DNA of 64,000 bases from Blepharisma stoltei ATCC 30299 (lineage: Eukaryota; Protista; Ciliophora), in assembly GCA_965603825.1 (NCBI GenBank), contig CBFDEM010000056.1:248001-312000 (forward strand), given 5' to 3'. Below, piece after piece: positions 22,618-34,200 of this stretch (positions are counted from its first letter, which is position 1; the number at the start of each line of letters is the position of its first letter). The translations under genes and the position numbers were made by a program. Under the pieces are notes generated by a model, which worked only from the letters and a program-made list of their open reading frames with translations, searched no databases and was not told where the DNA came from.

Positions 22618-23622
22618 TTAATCACTGATCATAACTTTAAAACACATATGACGAATCTTCATCAAAGTCCCAAGATTAATTGGGATTTTTGGAGACTGAG
22701 TGTGTAATGCCACTGTGCTTTCGACGTGCAGCTGCTTCCATATAAAATCCCCTTGATTCCTAGCTTTGATCCTCCAGTCACCTTGTATTTTTTCAAACTC
22801 AGCATAACACTCATTGTCATTTTCCCCTGGTATTACAATTGAATTGGAGGGTCCGCTGCCAATAGCAGCATAGTTCGAAATCCTAAAATACCTGATTTCA
22901 TCATTTTCATCATTATATTTTACACAGACCTCCAGCTCAGGCCCTGGGTGAATGATTTGCTTGATAGAAATTTCAGCTTGCCCGAAAACATAGACCTCTC
23001 CTGTTGATAAAATATCATTTTTAATTTGGTAGAGTCCTTCAGGGTTTTCTGTGGGTGCTTCTCATGCTTTAAAGATGCTGCTATTGGCTTCGTAATAAAT
23101 AGAAATCAGGCTTTCCACATTTGGCACAGCTATGTGATGGATCTGTCCTGGGTGATTTGAGCCTATTGATATCAGGATACTGCTATCTTCCATTTTGAAT
23201 TTTTGAGGCTTAGATCTATGATATTCAGGAAAATTAACTTTTAGGTACTTCTCATTCAGAGGCTGCTTATTTTCTTCTAATCTCTGCTGACTAAGAGGTG
23301 TAGGCTCTTCAATCACCTGCAGAGCTGGACGTATTAATATGTTAGGTTGCTGGTTAAGTGAAGATTGTGATATGGAATTTCCAAACGAAAAAAGTTTGTC
23401 AAGCAAGTGCTTTAATTCAGATACTTTATTATTTGTGTAAATGCATTTTTCTGATGTGAATTCGCTCAAGCTTTGAAAGTACATTTTAGTCAGCGGAGGT
23501 ACGTCATTTTGGAGTAACATAGTTGAGCATCTTCAAATTGATAATCGGGCAATTTCAATGAGGTCAGGATTCCCCGATTCTAGAAAGCGCGTTCAAATTA
23601 ATTGATATTGTGCTAAATCCAT
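22618..23622 (-). CDS. Hypothetical protein (334 aa), possible divergent tandem FHA-like beta domains
   Basis: ATG 23622 open through three TGA to TAA 22618-22620. Two beta-rich segments begin ISIGS and AAIGS; the domain call is weak. Confidence 0.65.
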
Positions 23623-24361
23623 TTTGTAGAGATTTTAAACTCTCTATTCAATTTAATTATCATCTGTGAGAAATTATGGACTCACATTGAGTTAGATTAA
23701 TCTAAATAGGAATTTTATATGAAAAACTCGAGATTTTATTAGGATTTAGCTAAAAGTAACTATAAAAAGTTTGGATGTTTAGGGTTATATGAGAGTTCGA
23801 AAAAACGTATAATATAAAAGAAGGTTGTTTTCAGTGAAACCCTTTTTAGTTTTGCGAAAGCCAAAAATGCATAGCATTTCTATTCCAAGTTTCAATTGTG
23901 GTTATTATTTTTCGCTTTTTAGAATAGGATTTTGAAATCTAGCTTATTTTGGGAGTAATACCAATTATTGTTGAAACTTGGCTTTGATCAGAAAGTGCCT
24001 AAATGACAAGAAAAAAAACTTTAAAGAAAGAATTTTTTTAGGGAATATATAAATTTTACTGATTTAATTTCTATTTTAGTTATAAATTGGAATATAAAAG
24101 AAAAACTTATAAAAAAAATACCTTCTGCCCCCTATATACGCTATGCCACTTATCTCCTCTTCACCGATAAAATCACTACAGAGCCCACTCCTCGAACTGA
24201 CCCAGTTCGAATCACCATGCGATAACTTCCACTAACATTCGTTCCTAAGACAGCATCCTTCCGGTTCTCAGGCAAAACCAACTCTCATGCACCAGACACA
24301 CTAAAGATTTACTAGCTTTGAATACAAACTTAATTTTGCACAATATTTTAAAATTATAAAT

Positions 24362-24742
24362 ATGAGCTTGATTATTTGGCTTCTATTAGGAGCAGCCTTG
24401 TCTACAAAATTAAATCCTGATAGATCTAAAATACTATTTCACAGAACATCATTAGGACTACAATTAGATGCAAAAGTGTCTGAGCCTGAACGCTTCCAAA
24501 ACATCATCAGAGAAATCAAAGATGAACTAGGAACTACAATTTATTCGCAAGACCTAAACAAAGGTTCTGAGAACTCATCAAAGCCCCAAATTCAGCCAAT
24601 TATAGAAACCCCACCCTCTGATATCAAATTTAATGACAATTTTTATTATTATTCTTTTTTTGCCTCTATAGGTATAATATGCGTTATTGGTGGAGTTTAC
24701 ATTTACAAGAAAAGATCTTTGCATAATTTATATAAATTATAG
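24362..24742 (+). CDS. Small type-I membrane protein
   Basis: Signal peptide MSLIIWLLLGAALS; C-terminal TM FFASIGIICVIGGVYIY followed by KKR. Confidence 0.75.
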   Translation: MSLIIWLLLGAALSTKLNPDRSKILFHRTSLGLQLDAKVSEPERFQNIIREIKDELGTTIYSQDLNKGSENSSKPQIQPIIETPPSDIKFNDNFYYYSFFASIGIICVIGGVYIYKKRSLHNLYKL

Positions 24743-24747
24743 TTAAA

Positions 24748-25758
24748 TTAATATCTGTACTGCATTGTCTCTTTATTTTGCTGCCCAAATCTATTGCTGG
24801 GTGACGACAAGTTGCTATTAAACCCCATCGGAGAAGTAGGCATAGTTGAAGGCTCCTTGGTAAGAAAAGAAGTATAAGGGTTTTTCAAGAAATCATCTGC
24901 AATTCTGATCATTTCATTTTCTTCTGAGCACTCTTTTTTTTGTTTTTTCGGCTCAATTCTTATATGATTTATATTTTTAATGTAATTTGGCAGCTGCTCT
25001 ATTGGACAAGTATCAGGCTCTTTCAAGTCTTGTGTAAAGCTCAGTGATGTCAAAGACCCAGAGCGATTTTGATAAATTGGAGGCTTTGGGGGGTAGCCTA
25101 AGTTAACTTCTCGTAAATTTTTCGTTGAATTTTCACGGCTAAGTGTTTGCCTTTCAGTCTGAGATTCAATTTCTCCTTTACAGTTATAAAGAGCCACATC
25201 TTTTTGAATTTCACCCTTGATTTTGCTTTGAACACTTGATAAGTATCGGGGCAATTTTGGATTTTTTTTGGTTTGAATTTCAGTGGAATGCTGATGAGAG
25301 AGTTTTGATGAGGACAAAGTTGGGGAATTTTGACGAACCCCTGACAAGTTTTGCTTTGATCGAGATGAACTTCTGGAAGGACTCACGTAATTTATGTCAC
25401 GCTTGGTGGGTTTTAAATTTTGCTTTGGTTTCCATTGCATCTCCTCAGAATTTTGTTGCAGAATCTGAATTGCGTGCTTTTCGTTTGGCTTTGGTCTGTT
25501 TTCTAGATGGCCGACAACACTTGATATTCTTTCTATATCATTTTTCATGTGATTTAGAGCTTGCTCTATGCCTCGCTTTTTATTATCTTGAAATCCCGCT
25601 TCTTGTAATAATTTTTCGTAAGTGATTATGGGGTAGTTTTCTTTTAGCCTTTTGATTCCTATAACTACGCTTGCTTCTACACATTTTCTCCATTGATGTT
25701 TTGGAAATTGGCCCAAAAATTCATGAATTTCAAGGTTATCACATAAAAGTTCCAGCAT
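24748..25758 (-). CDS. Hypothetical protein (short helical N-domain, low-complexity tail)
   Basis: 336-aa ORF, ATG in AT-rich context, TAA stop. Confidence 0.75.
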   Translation of the reverse strand: MLELLCDNLEIHEFLGQFPKHQWRKCVEASVVIGIKRLKENYPIITYEKLLQEAGFQDNKKRGIEQALNHMKNDIERISSVVGHLENRPKPNEKHAIQILQQNSEEMQWKPKQNLKPTKRDINYVSPSRSSSRSKQNLSGVRQNSPTLSSSKLSHQHSTEIQTKKNPKLPRYLSSVQSKIKGEIQKDVALYNCKGEIESQTERQTLSRENSTKNLREVNLGYPPKPPIYQNRSGSLTSLSFTQDLKEPDTCPIEQLPNYIKNINHIRIEPKKQKKECSEENEMIRIADDFLKNPYTSFLTKEPSTMPTSPMGFNSNLSSPSNRFGQQNKETMQYRY

Positions 25759-25915
25759 TTTTATTTTAAAAAATTATGACTAGGCCTTTCTATATTTCAT
25801 AAAAGAGATAGCTTAGCATTTTATTAAAATAAATATTTTACCCGACTCATATTCTTGTGCCAAATAAATCAATGATTTTATTCAGAAATTCACATGATTT
25901 TATTTTCATTAATAA

Positions 25916-27988
25916 ATGGCAAGCAGATTTATTCATATTGAAAGCCCTGTCCAGCTATTAGATTGTCTTAAAGCATGGAACAAGCTTACTCTTAAAGAAA
26001 AATTTTATGCTCACTACTACTCCAAAGCTTGCTGGGAAGGCAGTAAAATTTGCTACTTCCAAAAATCTTATGAATCTCCAGGGATTTTCCTATTGCTCCA
26101 AGAAATTTTCTCAGTCCCTAACATCAGTCAAAAATATGAAGAAGCTGGCTTTACAGAGCTAGATATCAAGCAATTTAAAGCATATGCAGCTGGAATCTAC
26201 ACTAATTGTGGCAATTATCTTAGTTTTGGAGACACAAAAATAGTCCCAGAAATTTCTCAAGAAAAGCTCGATGCTCTCGTAAGCAGCGTTAATTCAGATA
26301 GAGTCGCTTATATTTGGAATTTAATAAAAAATGTAGTTTATGACTATAGTCCTAGCAGAAGGCAGCTTGGGTTTCCAGATAAAGGAGGAGTGACTTCATA
26401 TTACTCAAGCAATATAACATCGCAAGATGCAGAACTCGCCAAAAATTTCCTTCAAAGTGTAAACCTCGTTGACTTGCACTTTAACAGTAGACTTTGGAAG
26501 GTAGGTGATCAATATGAAATACGCGTTGCCAGCAAATCTCAGCATTGGTTCGAAAATTTGGGAGAGTATACTTATGAAAGCAAAAGGTTTAAAATTGTTA
26601 ATGGTGATTTCAGCGTATTTTTAGCCCGTGTAGTTGACAACTTAGCAGACACTCTTCCTTATTGTGCGAATGTGACTCAAGAAAAAATGATTTCAGAGTA
26701 TATTAAACACTTTAATACAGGAAATATTGTTGACCATAAAAATGCACAGAGGGAATGAATCAAAGATAAAGGCCCAGTTGTAGAGACTAATATTGGGTTT
26801 ATTGAAACATATGTGGACCCATTACAAATTAGAGCAGAATTCGAAGGTTTTGTGAGCTTTGTGGACAAAGAAACAAGTGAAAAATTCCATAATCTTGTGA
26901 ATAATGCAGATTCAATTATAGCAAAACTGCCTTGGAGTAATGTATTTGAAAAGGAAAAATTCCAAGCTCCTGATTTTACGTCACTTGAAGTCTTAGCATT
27001 TGCGACCTCTGGGGTACCAATTGGCATCAATTTACCTAATTATGATGAAATAATCACAAATGAAGGCTTCAAGAATGTAAATTTGGGCAATGCTTACCCA
27101 AAGCCGAAAGCCAAAAATTTACAGTTTCTGACTCCTGAAGACGTTCAATTAATTATTGACTGCTATTTTAACAGTGAAACCATCGCAGTTGCAACTCATG
27201 AATTACTAGGACATGGCACAGGTAAATTCTTAATCAAAGGTAAGGACAACACTTTCAATTTTGATACAAATGCAATAAACCCTGCAACAGGAGCCGTAAT
27301 AGACTCATTCTATAGCCATGAGGAGTCTTGGAAAAGCAAATTCGGAGAAATTTCTTCTGCTTATGAAGAATGCCGAGCTGAAACAGTGGCTGTTTATTTA
27401 TCATGCTTCCCTGAAGTATATCAAATCTTTGGTGTTGAAGATTTTATAAGGCACAGAAATATGACTTGGCTTTATATGGCTTATCAAGGTGTAAAAGGCC
27501 TTCTTTATTGTCCAGAATCAAATAAATGGGGTCAAGCTCACTGCTGTGCAAGATATATGATTTTTAGAGTGATGCTTGAGGCTGGGGATGATTTTTTGAA
27601 AGTTGAGTTTACAGATGATGGGCTATTTTTGGTCAAAATGGATTACAATAAAATTGAGAGTGTCGGAATGGCTGCAATTTCAAGATTTTTGACTAAGCTG
27701 CATTGCTTTAAGTTCAGTGGAGATGTGGTCAGAGGTAAAGAAGTATTTGATAAGTATTCTGCAATTGATGAGCTTGCTAATAGATTGAGGCAAATTATAG
27801 TAGCTAATCAAAAACCAAGGGCCTTAGATGTGCAATGCAACGTAAACTTGGAAGGGAATGAGCCTGTATTGGTAGGGTATGAAGAGAGCTTTGATGGGAT
27901 TATTGACTCTTTTAAAGAAAGATTTCCAGTTTATGACGAAGAAATGTTTGCATGCTGGGATAGTGAATTTTCTTCAAATAAATCCTAA
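25916..27988 (+). CDS. DPP3: Dipeptidyl peptidase III (M49)
   Basis: GNYLSFGDTK, QRE[W=TGA 26756]IKDKGPVVETNIGFIETY, HELLGHG, EECRAE. Confidence 0.96.
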
Positions 27989-28526
27989 TTAATTATTCTA
28001 ATAAAATAGCTTTGTATTTGGCATTGGGGTTATTTGTCAGGAACTGAAGCTCAGGAAATGAAAATGCATATCTTGCAAAAAGCTGAACATGCAATAACTC
28101 AATCTAATTGTTTAGGATCAGAAATTAAGCATTTGATTTTAATTGATTCCCTTTTTTAAATATGCCCAAGTATCTAATAGATCGCTGGACTAATTGAATT
28201 TATTGGCTATTGAGAGTTGAGTTGTTAAGCTAAATTGAAGAGCCAACTCTTAAATTGGCTTTTGAGTGCAAAGCCCTAAGCGTTTCATTAAATATTGAAA
28301 AGGAATTCTAGCATTTGAAATATGAAAATGTTACTTTATATCTTAATATTTAGAAAATATAAAGAAAGGATATAGTAGATATATCGGTTCAGAAAAATTT
28401 TCAAATTATTGTTTGCTATCGATTAAAAGCAAATATTCGCTATAAACTGCAAATTATTGACTAATATAATTTAAAATATGCACACATCTAACTATTTATA
28501 ATTCTACAACTTTACTATTATCAATC

Positions 28527-29648
28527 ATGGACAAGATTTCTGCTCAAAAAAGGATTCTTGAAGAAAATATTCAAATCCTCAAGAATTTCATCCAAGCAGC
28601 AACTGAAGAAACTAAAGCTTCAGTAGATCACGCTCTCCAAGAACTTACAAACCACACTGAAAAAGAAAAAGAAAAATTAATCGAATGCTGCAATGAGCTT
28701 AAAGAATCATATGAAGAAGAATTCAAAAATGCTCTGATGTTTTCAAATCCTCCTCCCGAATTAACTCCTCTAACCCTTTCATTAGAAACTGATGAAGCCA
28801 AGATAAAGCTGGCAGTTCAGGAATCGTTTACTTTTAATATCTATTCTTATCAAAACTCACTCAAAGATCTCCATCGAGTTTCAATGCTCAATTGCTCTTA
28901 TACTAAATGCAATGTTAGAACTGGAGAAGTTTATACAATCTCTGCACCATTTGCAAGCTGCATTGCTCCTGCACTTACTCCACTTGATAATGGGAATATT
29001 TTTCTCTCAGGAGGAATTAATTGGCAGACAATTCAAGCAATGGCAAGAGTGATAGAATATGACCCCTATCGCAACATTGCTTATGGAAAACCAAATTTAA
29101 ATAGGCCTAGAGGCTACCATTCAGCTCATAAATTTAAGAATAAAATTTTTGTGTTTGGAGGGTCAGATTCAGATTCATTCACAGCTAATTCTATAAAAGA
29201 GATAGAAGAATATGACATCGCTAAAGAAGAATGAAAAATTGTTGGAGAATTAATAACCGCAAGAAGTTGCCAAGGGGTTGCTGAGTATAATGAAAAATTA
29301 TATATAGCAGGTGGGTGGAGCAATACTATAAGCATTGAAATTTTTGATTTGAATAACTATTCAATCAGAAAAGCTGAGCCTATGCTAGATGTACCTGGAC
29401 CATCAATAGCTGTAGCGTTGACCAATTTTATATTAATTATTCATGGAAAGCACGTCAGTAAATATTATCCAGATAGAGATAGAATCGTCAGTGATGGATG
29501 TGTAGAGTTCGATGATTTAGGCTTATTTACATCTTCACCTCCAGTCTGCTATCAGAATAAGCTTTACTTTACTGGGAATTGGCAGCATGAAAAATATAAT
29601 GTCTATGATATTATTGGGCATCAATTAATTGAATTTAAATTACTTTAA
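28527..29648 (+). CDS. Coiled-coil + kelch-repeat protein
   Basis: IFLSGG, IFVFGG, LYIAGG repeats; TGA 29232 falls at the kelch W (YDIAKEE[W]K). Confidence 0.85.
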
Positions 29649-30809
29649 AAAAGTTATACATGCATCTTCTATCGGTTTCTCTACCTCTTGAGACTTGTGC
29701 TCATAATAAACACATGCGATTTCGTCAAGATTGTGCTTTCCGTTTAAATAGGCGCTTGCTTTTCTGATGGTTTCTAAATCCGATGGATTTGTTTTGGTTT
29801 TCCTTAATACTGATTCGTTATATTTAACATAATATTTGTGAATTCTCCTGATAAGTCCTCTTACTGTGCCATATTTGATGAATTTTTGGAGATCGACAAT
29901 ATTATCGAAATCAGGGTTTTCCAGCTTAAATTCTCTAATTGTTTTGTCAGAGAGCTTAGAGTAATAATCAAACAGCCCAGCTTCATCAATTTCTGGCTCT
30001 TCTGAATTTCTCGCTAAAGATAAGACAGCTTCTTCAGCATACTCTGTAAGAATTAATCCAATTTTTGGTGTTATTCTATATATATTGCTGTCCTGGAAAT
30101 AGTCTGAAATTTCAATCATCCCATGATAATACAGGTGCTGGAGACACACTTTTACATGCCCTTCATCTACTTTTGAAAATTCGCTTATCTGCTTCACGCA
30201 CCTAATTCCATTAATCGCTTTTACAATTTTGTTCAAGGAAGTATCAGACCTGATCTCTACAATATCATACAAGTCAATCAATGGAGTCGGTACATGTCAA
30301 CTCCTGATTTTCGGTGGATACCTTTTATTTTTGCTTGATAGCTCTATAATTATCAAATTCCAATTATCAACTGGGATGTAGCATTCATTTTTGTCTAATA
30401 GCTGTGTATAAATGTCTTTGCAGAGCTTCCCCATCACTATTTGTTTTTCTGGGTTGGAAATGTAGTCGTTTTCTATCTCAAGAACTGTGAGCTGTAAGGC
30501 AAGTTTTCGTATCATGTTTTCATAAAGAGAAAAGCGAGAGTATTCTTCAGCTGGAATGATGACGGCAAAATTGAATTCTATTTTCTGACGCTCGTATTTG
30601 TCGTTGACGATGATTACAGGCTGGCCTATTATATATTCATCACCGACAACTTGGACACTTATGACTTTTCCACAGAGTTCAGGACGCGGGATAAGAATAT
30701 CAGATAAAGAATCAAAGGTGTCTTTGGAGAGATAATTTTCGGGATACTGGTAAACTAAAGCTGGGCCTCGCTTTATATGGAACTCACAGAACATGACACA
30801 GCTTATCAT
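29640..30809 (-). CDS. NPRL2: GATOR1 subunit NPRL2/Npr2 (389 aa)
   Basis: FCEFHIKRGPALVYQYP, LIPRPELCGK, KYER..IEFNF, [W=TGA 30297]HVP, INGIRCVKQI...CLQHLYY, FIKYG..RGLIRRIHKY, LNGKHNLDEI. Confidence 0.92.
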
Positions 30810-31201
30810 TTTATAAATGAATTTATGTGCAATTCAAAAATATGCCAATTATTTTATAAATTACTTTGCAGCTTTCTAACGAGAAATAATTGCTAAATGT
30901 GATGAATTATATTATAAATCTTTAAACATTTCAATTCTTTGAATCAAACCATATATATTTCTTTAATGATAATTCCACAGTAGATTTGCATCAGCTAAAG
31001 TGAACCTAAGAAAATAAATTGGAGCTTCTTAAATTAGAATACTACCTTAAAATTATAAATTAATAAAAAAGCGAAGTACCATTAAAGAAGTGTTTTGGCG
31101 AAGAATTAGATGCACTTTAACAGCTAATTATAATTAATGCAATTGCTATTTCTGTCAATAATTAAAATGCTCATCAATCTATTAATAATTTAATTATAAA
31201 A

Positions 31202-34200
31202 ATGTTATCCGAGAATGATTCAATAGTTCTTTCTGATTTTCGTGTTATTTCATTTGTTGAAAGAGCTTTATGATATTGAAAATACTTATGCAATCCACAG
31301 TCAATCCTAAATGATTCAGAATTCAAATATAACTGGGAAGTAGGTGCGCCAATACTTGAAGATTCAATTCGATTTAGATATATAAAATACAGGATTTTAA
31401 TTATGATCGATCTGGCTCCTTCTGTATATGCATATAATTTCGCTTTAAAAGAATCAATGGGCAATAGAATAACAACTGTTTTGAGAAGCCTGATTGAGTC
31501 TATTCAAAACTATTCACAAGAAATAGACATTCAGATTGAATTAGGAATAATTTGTGTCAGAACTCCAAATGAGCCAATTCATGTTGTGGTACAGTCAATT
31601 GAGCTCAGAAATGGCTTCAATTCAGACGATATTATAGACCAGTTTGAGTCTTATATGGAAGAAATACGCAATGACTTAGACATTAATTTTTTGAATGGAG
31701 CCAAAGAAAGCGAAATTGACTTCGCTTCAACATTAAAATGAGCTTTATTTGCACTGGATTTAATGGATCAGCCAAGTATGCCAGCTGTTATTTACATAAC
31801 AGACTGTACTAATTCTAATTTAGCATCAGGAATTTATGACTGACTTGTTGTACAGTATTGCAGAGCTGATGTCGCTCTTAATCTTATTAATCTGTCTGAA
31901 AATATTTCTCCCCAGTCTTTTCAGTATGGCTTTACTCCTGACCCGACCTCAATTAAGCTCATGACAAGTATTTCTGGAGGGACATGGATAAGCCCAGACG
32001 ATATACCATTAAAAGTCAGAGAAATATTTTATAAGAAACTTGTACTAAAATCTTGTGGAGATGTAAATTTTTTGAATAAATCTCATTCTCAGAAATATTA
32101 TTTAGATCATTATCATTGCGAAGTTCCTGTTGAAAATTTGGTGGAGTGCATACTTCGTGAAGGCTTCCAGATAAGAGCTATTCAACCAAATAAACTAGTT
32201 TTTTGATTTATTTTGCACTTTAATACAATAATTGAATATACATTGAATATTGAAAATCCTAGACTAAGTATAATCGAGCTTAGTATTATCTGCAAGCAAT
32301 CGCTTTTTAAAAAACTAAAAAAAGAAGAAAAAGTAGCTGCCGTTTTTTCAAAGGAATCTAAAATTTCGCTAGCTTCTCGAGTGCTATACATAATTCAAAA
32401 TATAAAAGAAAATGAAAAATTTGTATTTGGGATTTTTCAAGACATAGAGTTTAAAGATCAGAAGTCGTTATATGAGAAAATATCGAAATTGCCTACTTCA
32501 AAGTGGCAGAAATGGTTTCACTTCGAAACTTTGGATGTATTAACTGCTAAGCAAAGCCAAGACCATTTAATTTCATACGGGAAAGATAAAGTCAGAGAAA
32601 AAATAAGGACTTTAGGGTCAGGCTTATTTTTTGAAGACACATATATTGAACTGATTGAAAAATCTGGACTGCTTATAATAAAAATTGTGTGAGAACTCTA
32701 TAATAAAGCAACAATCTATTTTGGGTTCTTTGGTTGCTCAAATTCTTTTAGAATAGAAAAATACCAGCTTTGCATCCAAAACTTGAAGAAAAGCGCTCTA
32801 GATGTATATGATCGTCCATTGGGAAAAATTGTTGTTGAAGAAACTTATCGTAAAAAGAACTATAAATCAAGAGTTTATTCACTATTCACTTACAGACCTC
32901 ACAATAAAGTGATTAAGTCCTATATGTGCGGATTTTCAAGCCAATTTGATCTGCTAGCAACTAAGTCTGCTCAATTCTTTCTGAACATCCTACATACTTC
33001 AAGAACAAAGCAAGGCTTTATTGTGATTGGCTGCATAGAAAAAGACAAATTTTTGCTTATAAAACCATATGAATGTGAAGCTGAAAACAAGCATAGGATC
33101 TTTTTTCTCCAATACTTGATGTATATCTCTGACTATTCAGTTTTTATAGAATTTTATCATGAGCCTTCAATAGCTAATTACTATGATGAAAGTGACGATC
33201 TATTAGATCTTAAAAATGAGTATGAGATAAATGACGAGTCAATTTATAAATCACTTCTTTCTCTTGACTCCTTGATATTTCAATGCTTGGAAAATAAACT
33301 TAACTTTTGCAACAGTAATGATCTATTAGAAAACAACGGAGAATTCAAGATGATTGACTTTTCTGATGAGGATGACCTTTTTTGCTATATTCAAGCAGAA
33401 AACCTTGAAAAAGCAGAAACATTTGAGGATCTCAAAATCCAAATGTACGAAAAAATGTATGAAGTTGTTTCAAGCTTTCAAGATACAGGAAGCTGCAGCA
33501 TTGAGCTTGACTTTCTGCTCAAGCACTCAAGCTGCTGGAGTTTTGACTATGAAACATTTTCTGTAGATTTAGATATAAATACTCAGCAATATAGACAAAT
33601 TTTTGAGTATCTTTATAGCGTTTTGTTAAGAGCATTCGGAGACATTGCAGATTATCAAATGTCGCAGAAAAATCAATGCTATTTTGCTAGATATGCGTGC
33701 AACATTGGAGTTATCATGTGAACAGTCCCTGAATTTGAAGAACTTTTGAAAGAACTGAGCTGCAATGGCAAAATGCTACCTATTTATGTATTTGAGTGTC
33801 TTCAAAATAAAATAGATCTTGCTAATTTTGAAAAGCGAAGGTCGTCAATTGTTGGGACTGCAAACAATTCTAATACAGTCTTTCAAAAAACTTTGCAGTT
33901 AATTCAAAGAGTTTATAAGGTTGTATTATTAGGAACATATTATAATTTCTTGGGAATCTCTTCAGTTTGTGAATTCCAGCTACCAATCATAGAAACGGAT
34001 TTCACCAAGTTGCTATCATGCTGTGAGCAGTACGAAGAAACGCTGAATATATCAAAACTCAATAAATATCGCCATCATTTGCTGATGAAAAGTTCAGGTT
34101 TAAGCGTCATTCCTAAAGATCTTAATGCAGGCAATTGTGATAATATTGATTCCAAATTTTTATCTTTCATCAGTTCTAATTTTTCTCAGCTTCATGATAC

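Noticed and set aside
23775-23787. TGTTTAGGGTT (minus AACCCTAAACA) as a telomere seed or telomerase RNA template; also CACTAACA near 24230
   Set aside because: Single imperfect copies that do not match the heterotrich CCCTAACA repeat exactly; expected by chance
24201-24215. tRNA suggested by CCAGTTCGAATC
   Set aside because: No T-stem pairing, A-box, anticodon arm or acceptor stem
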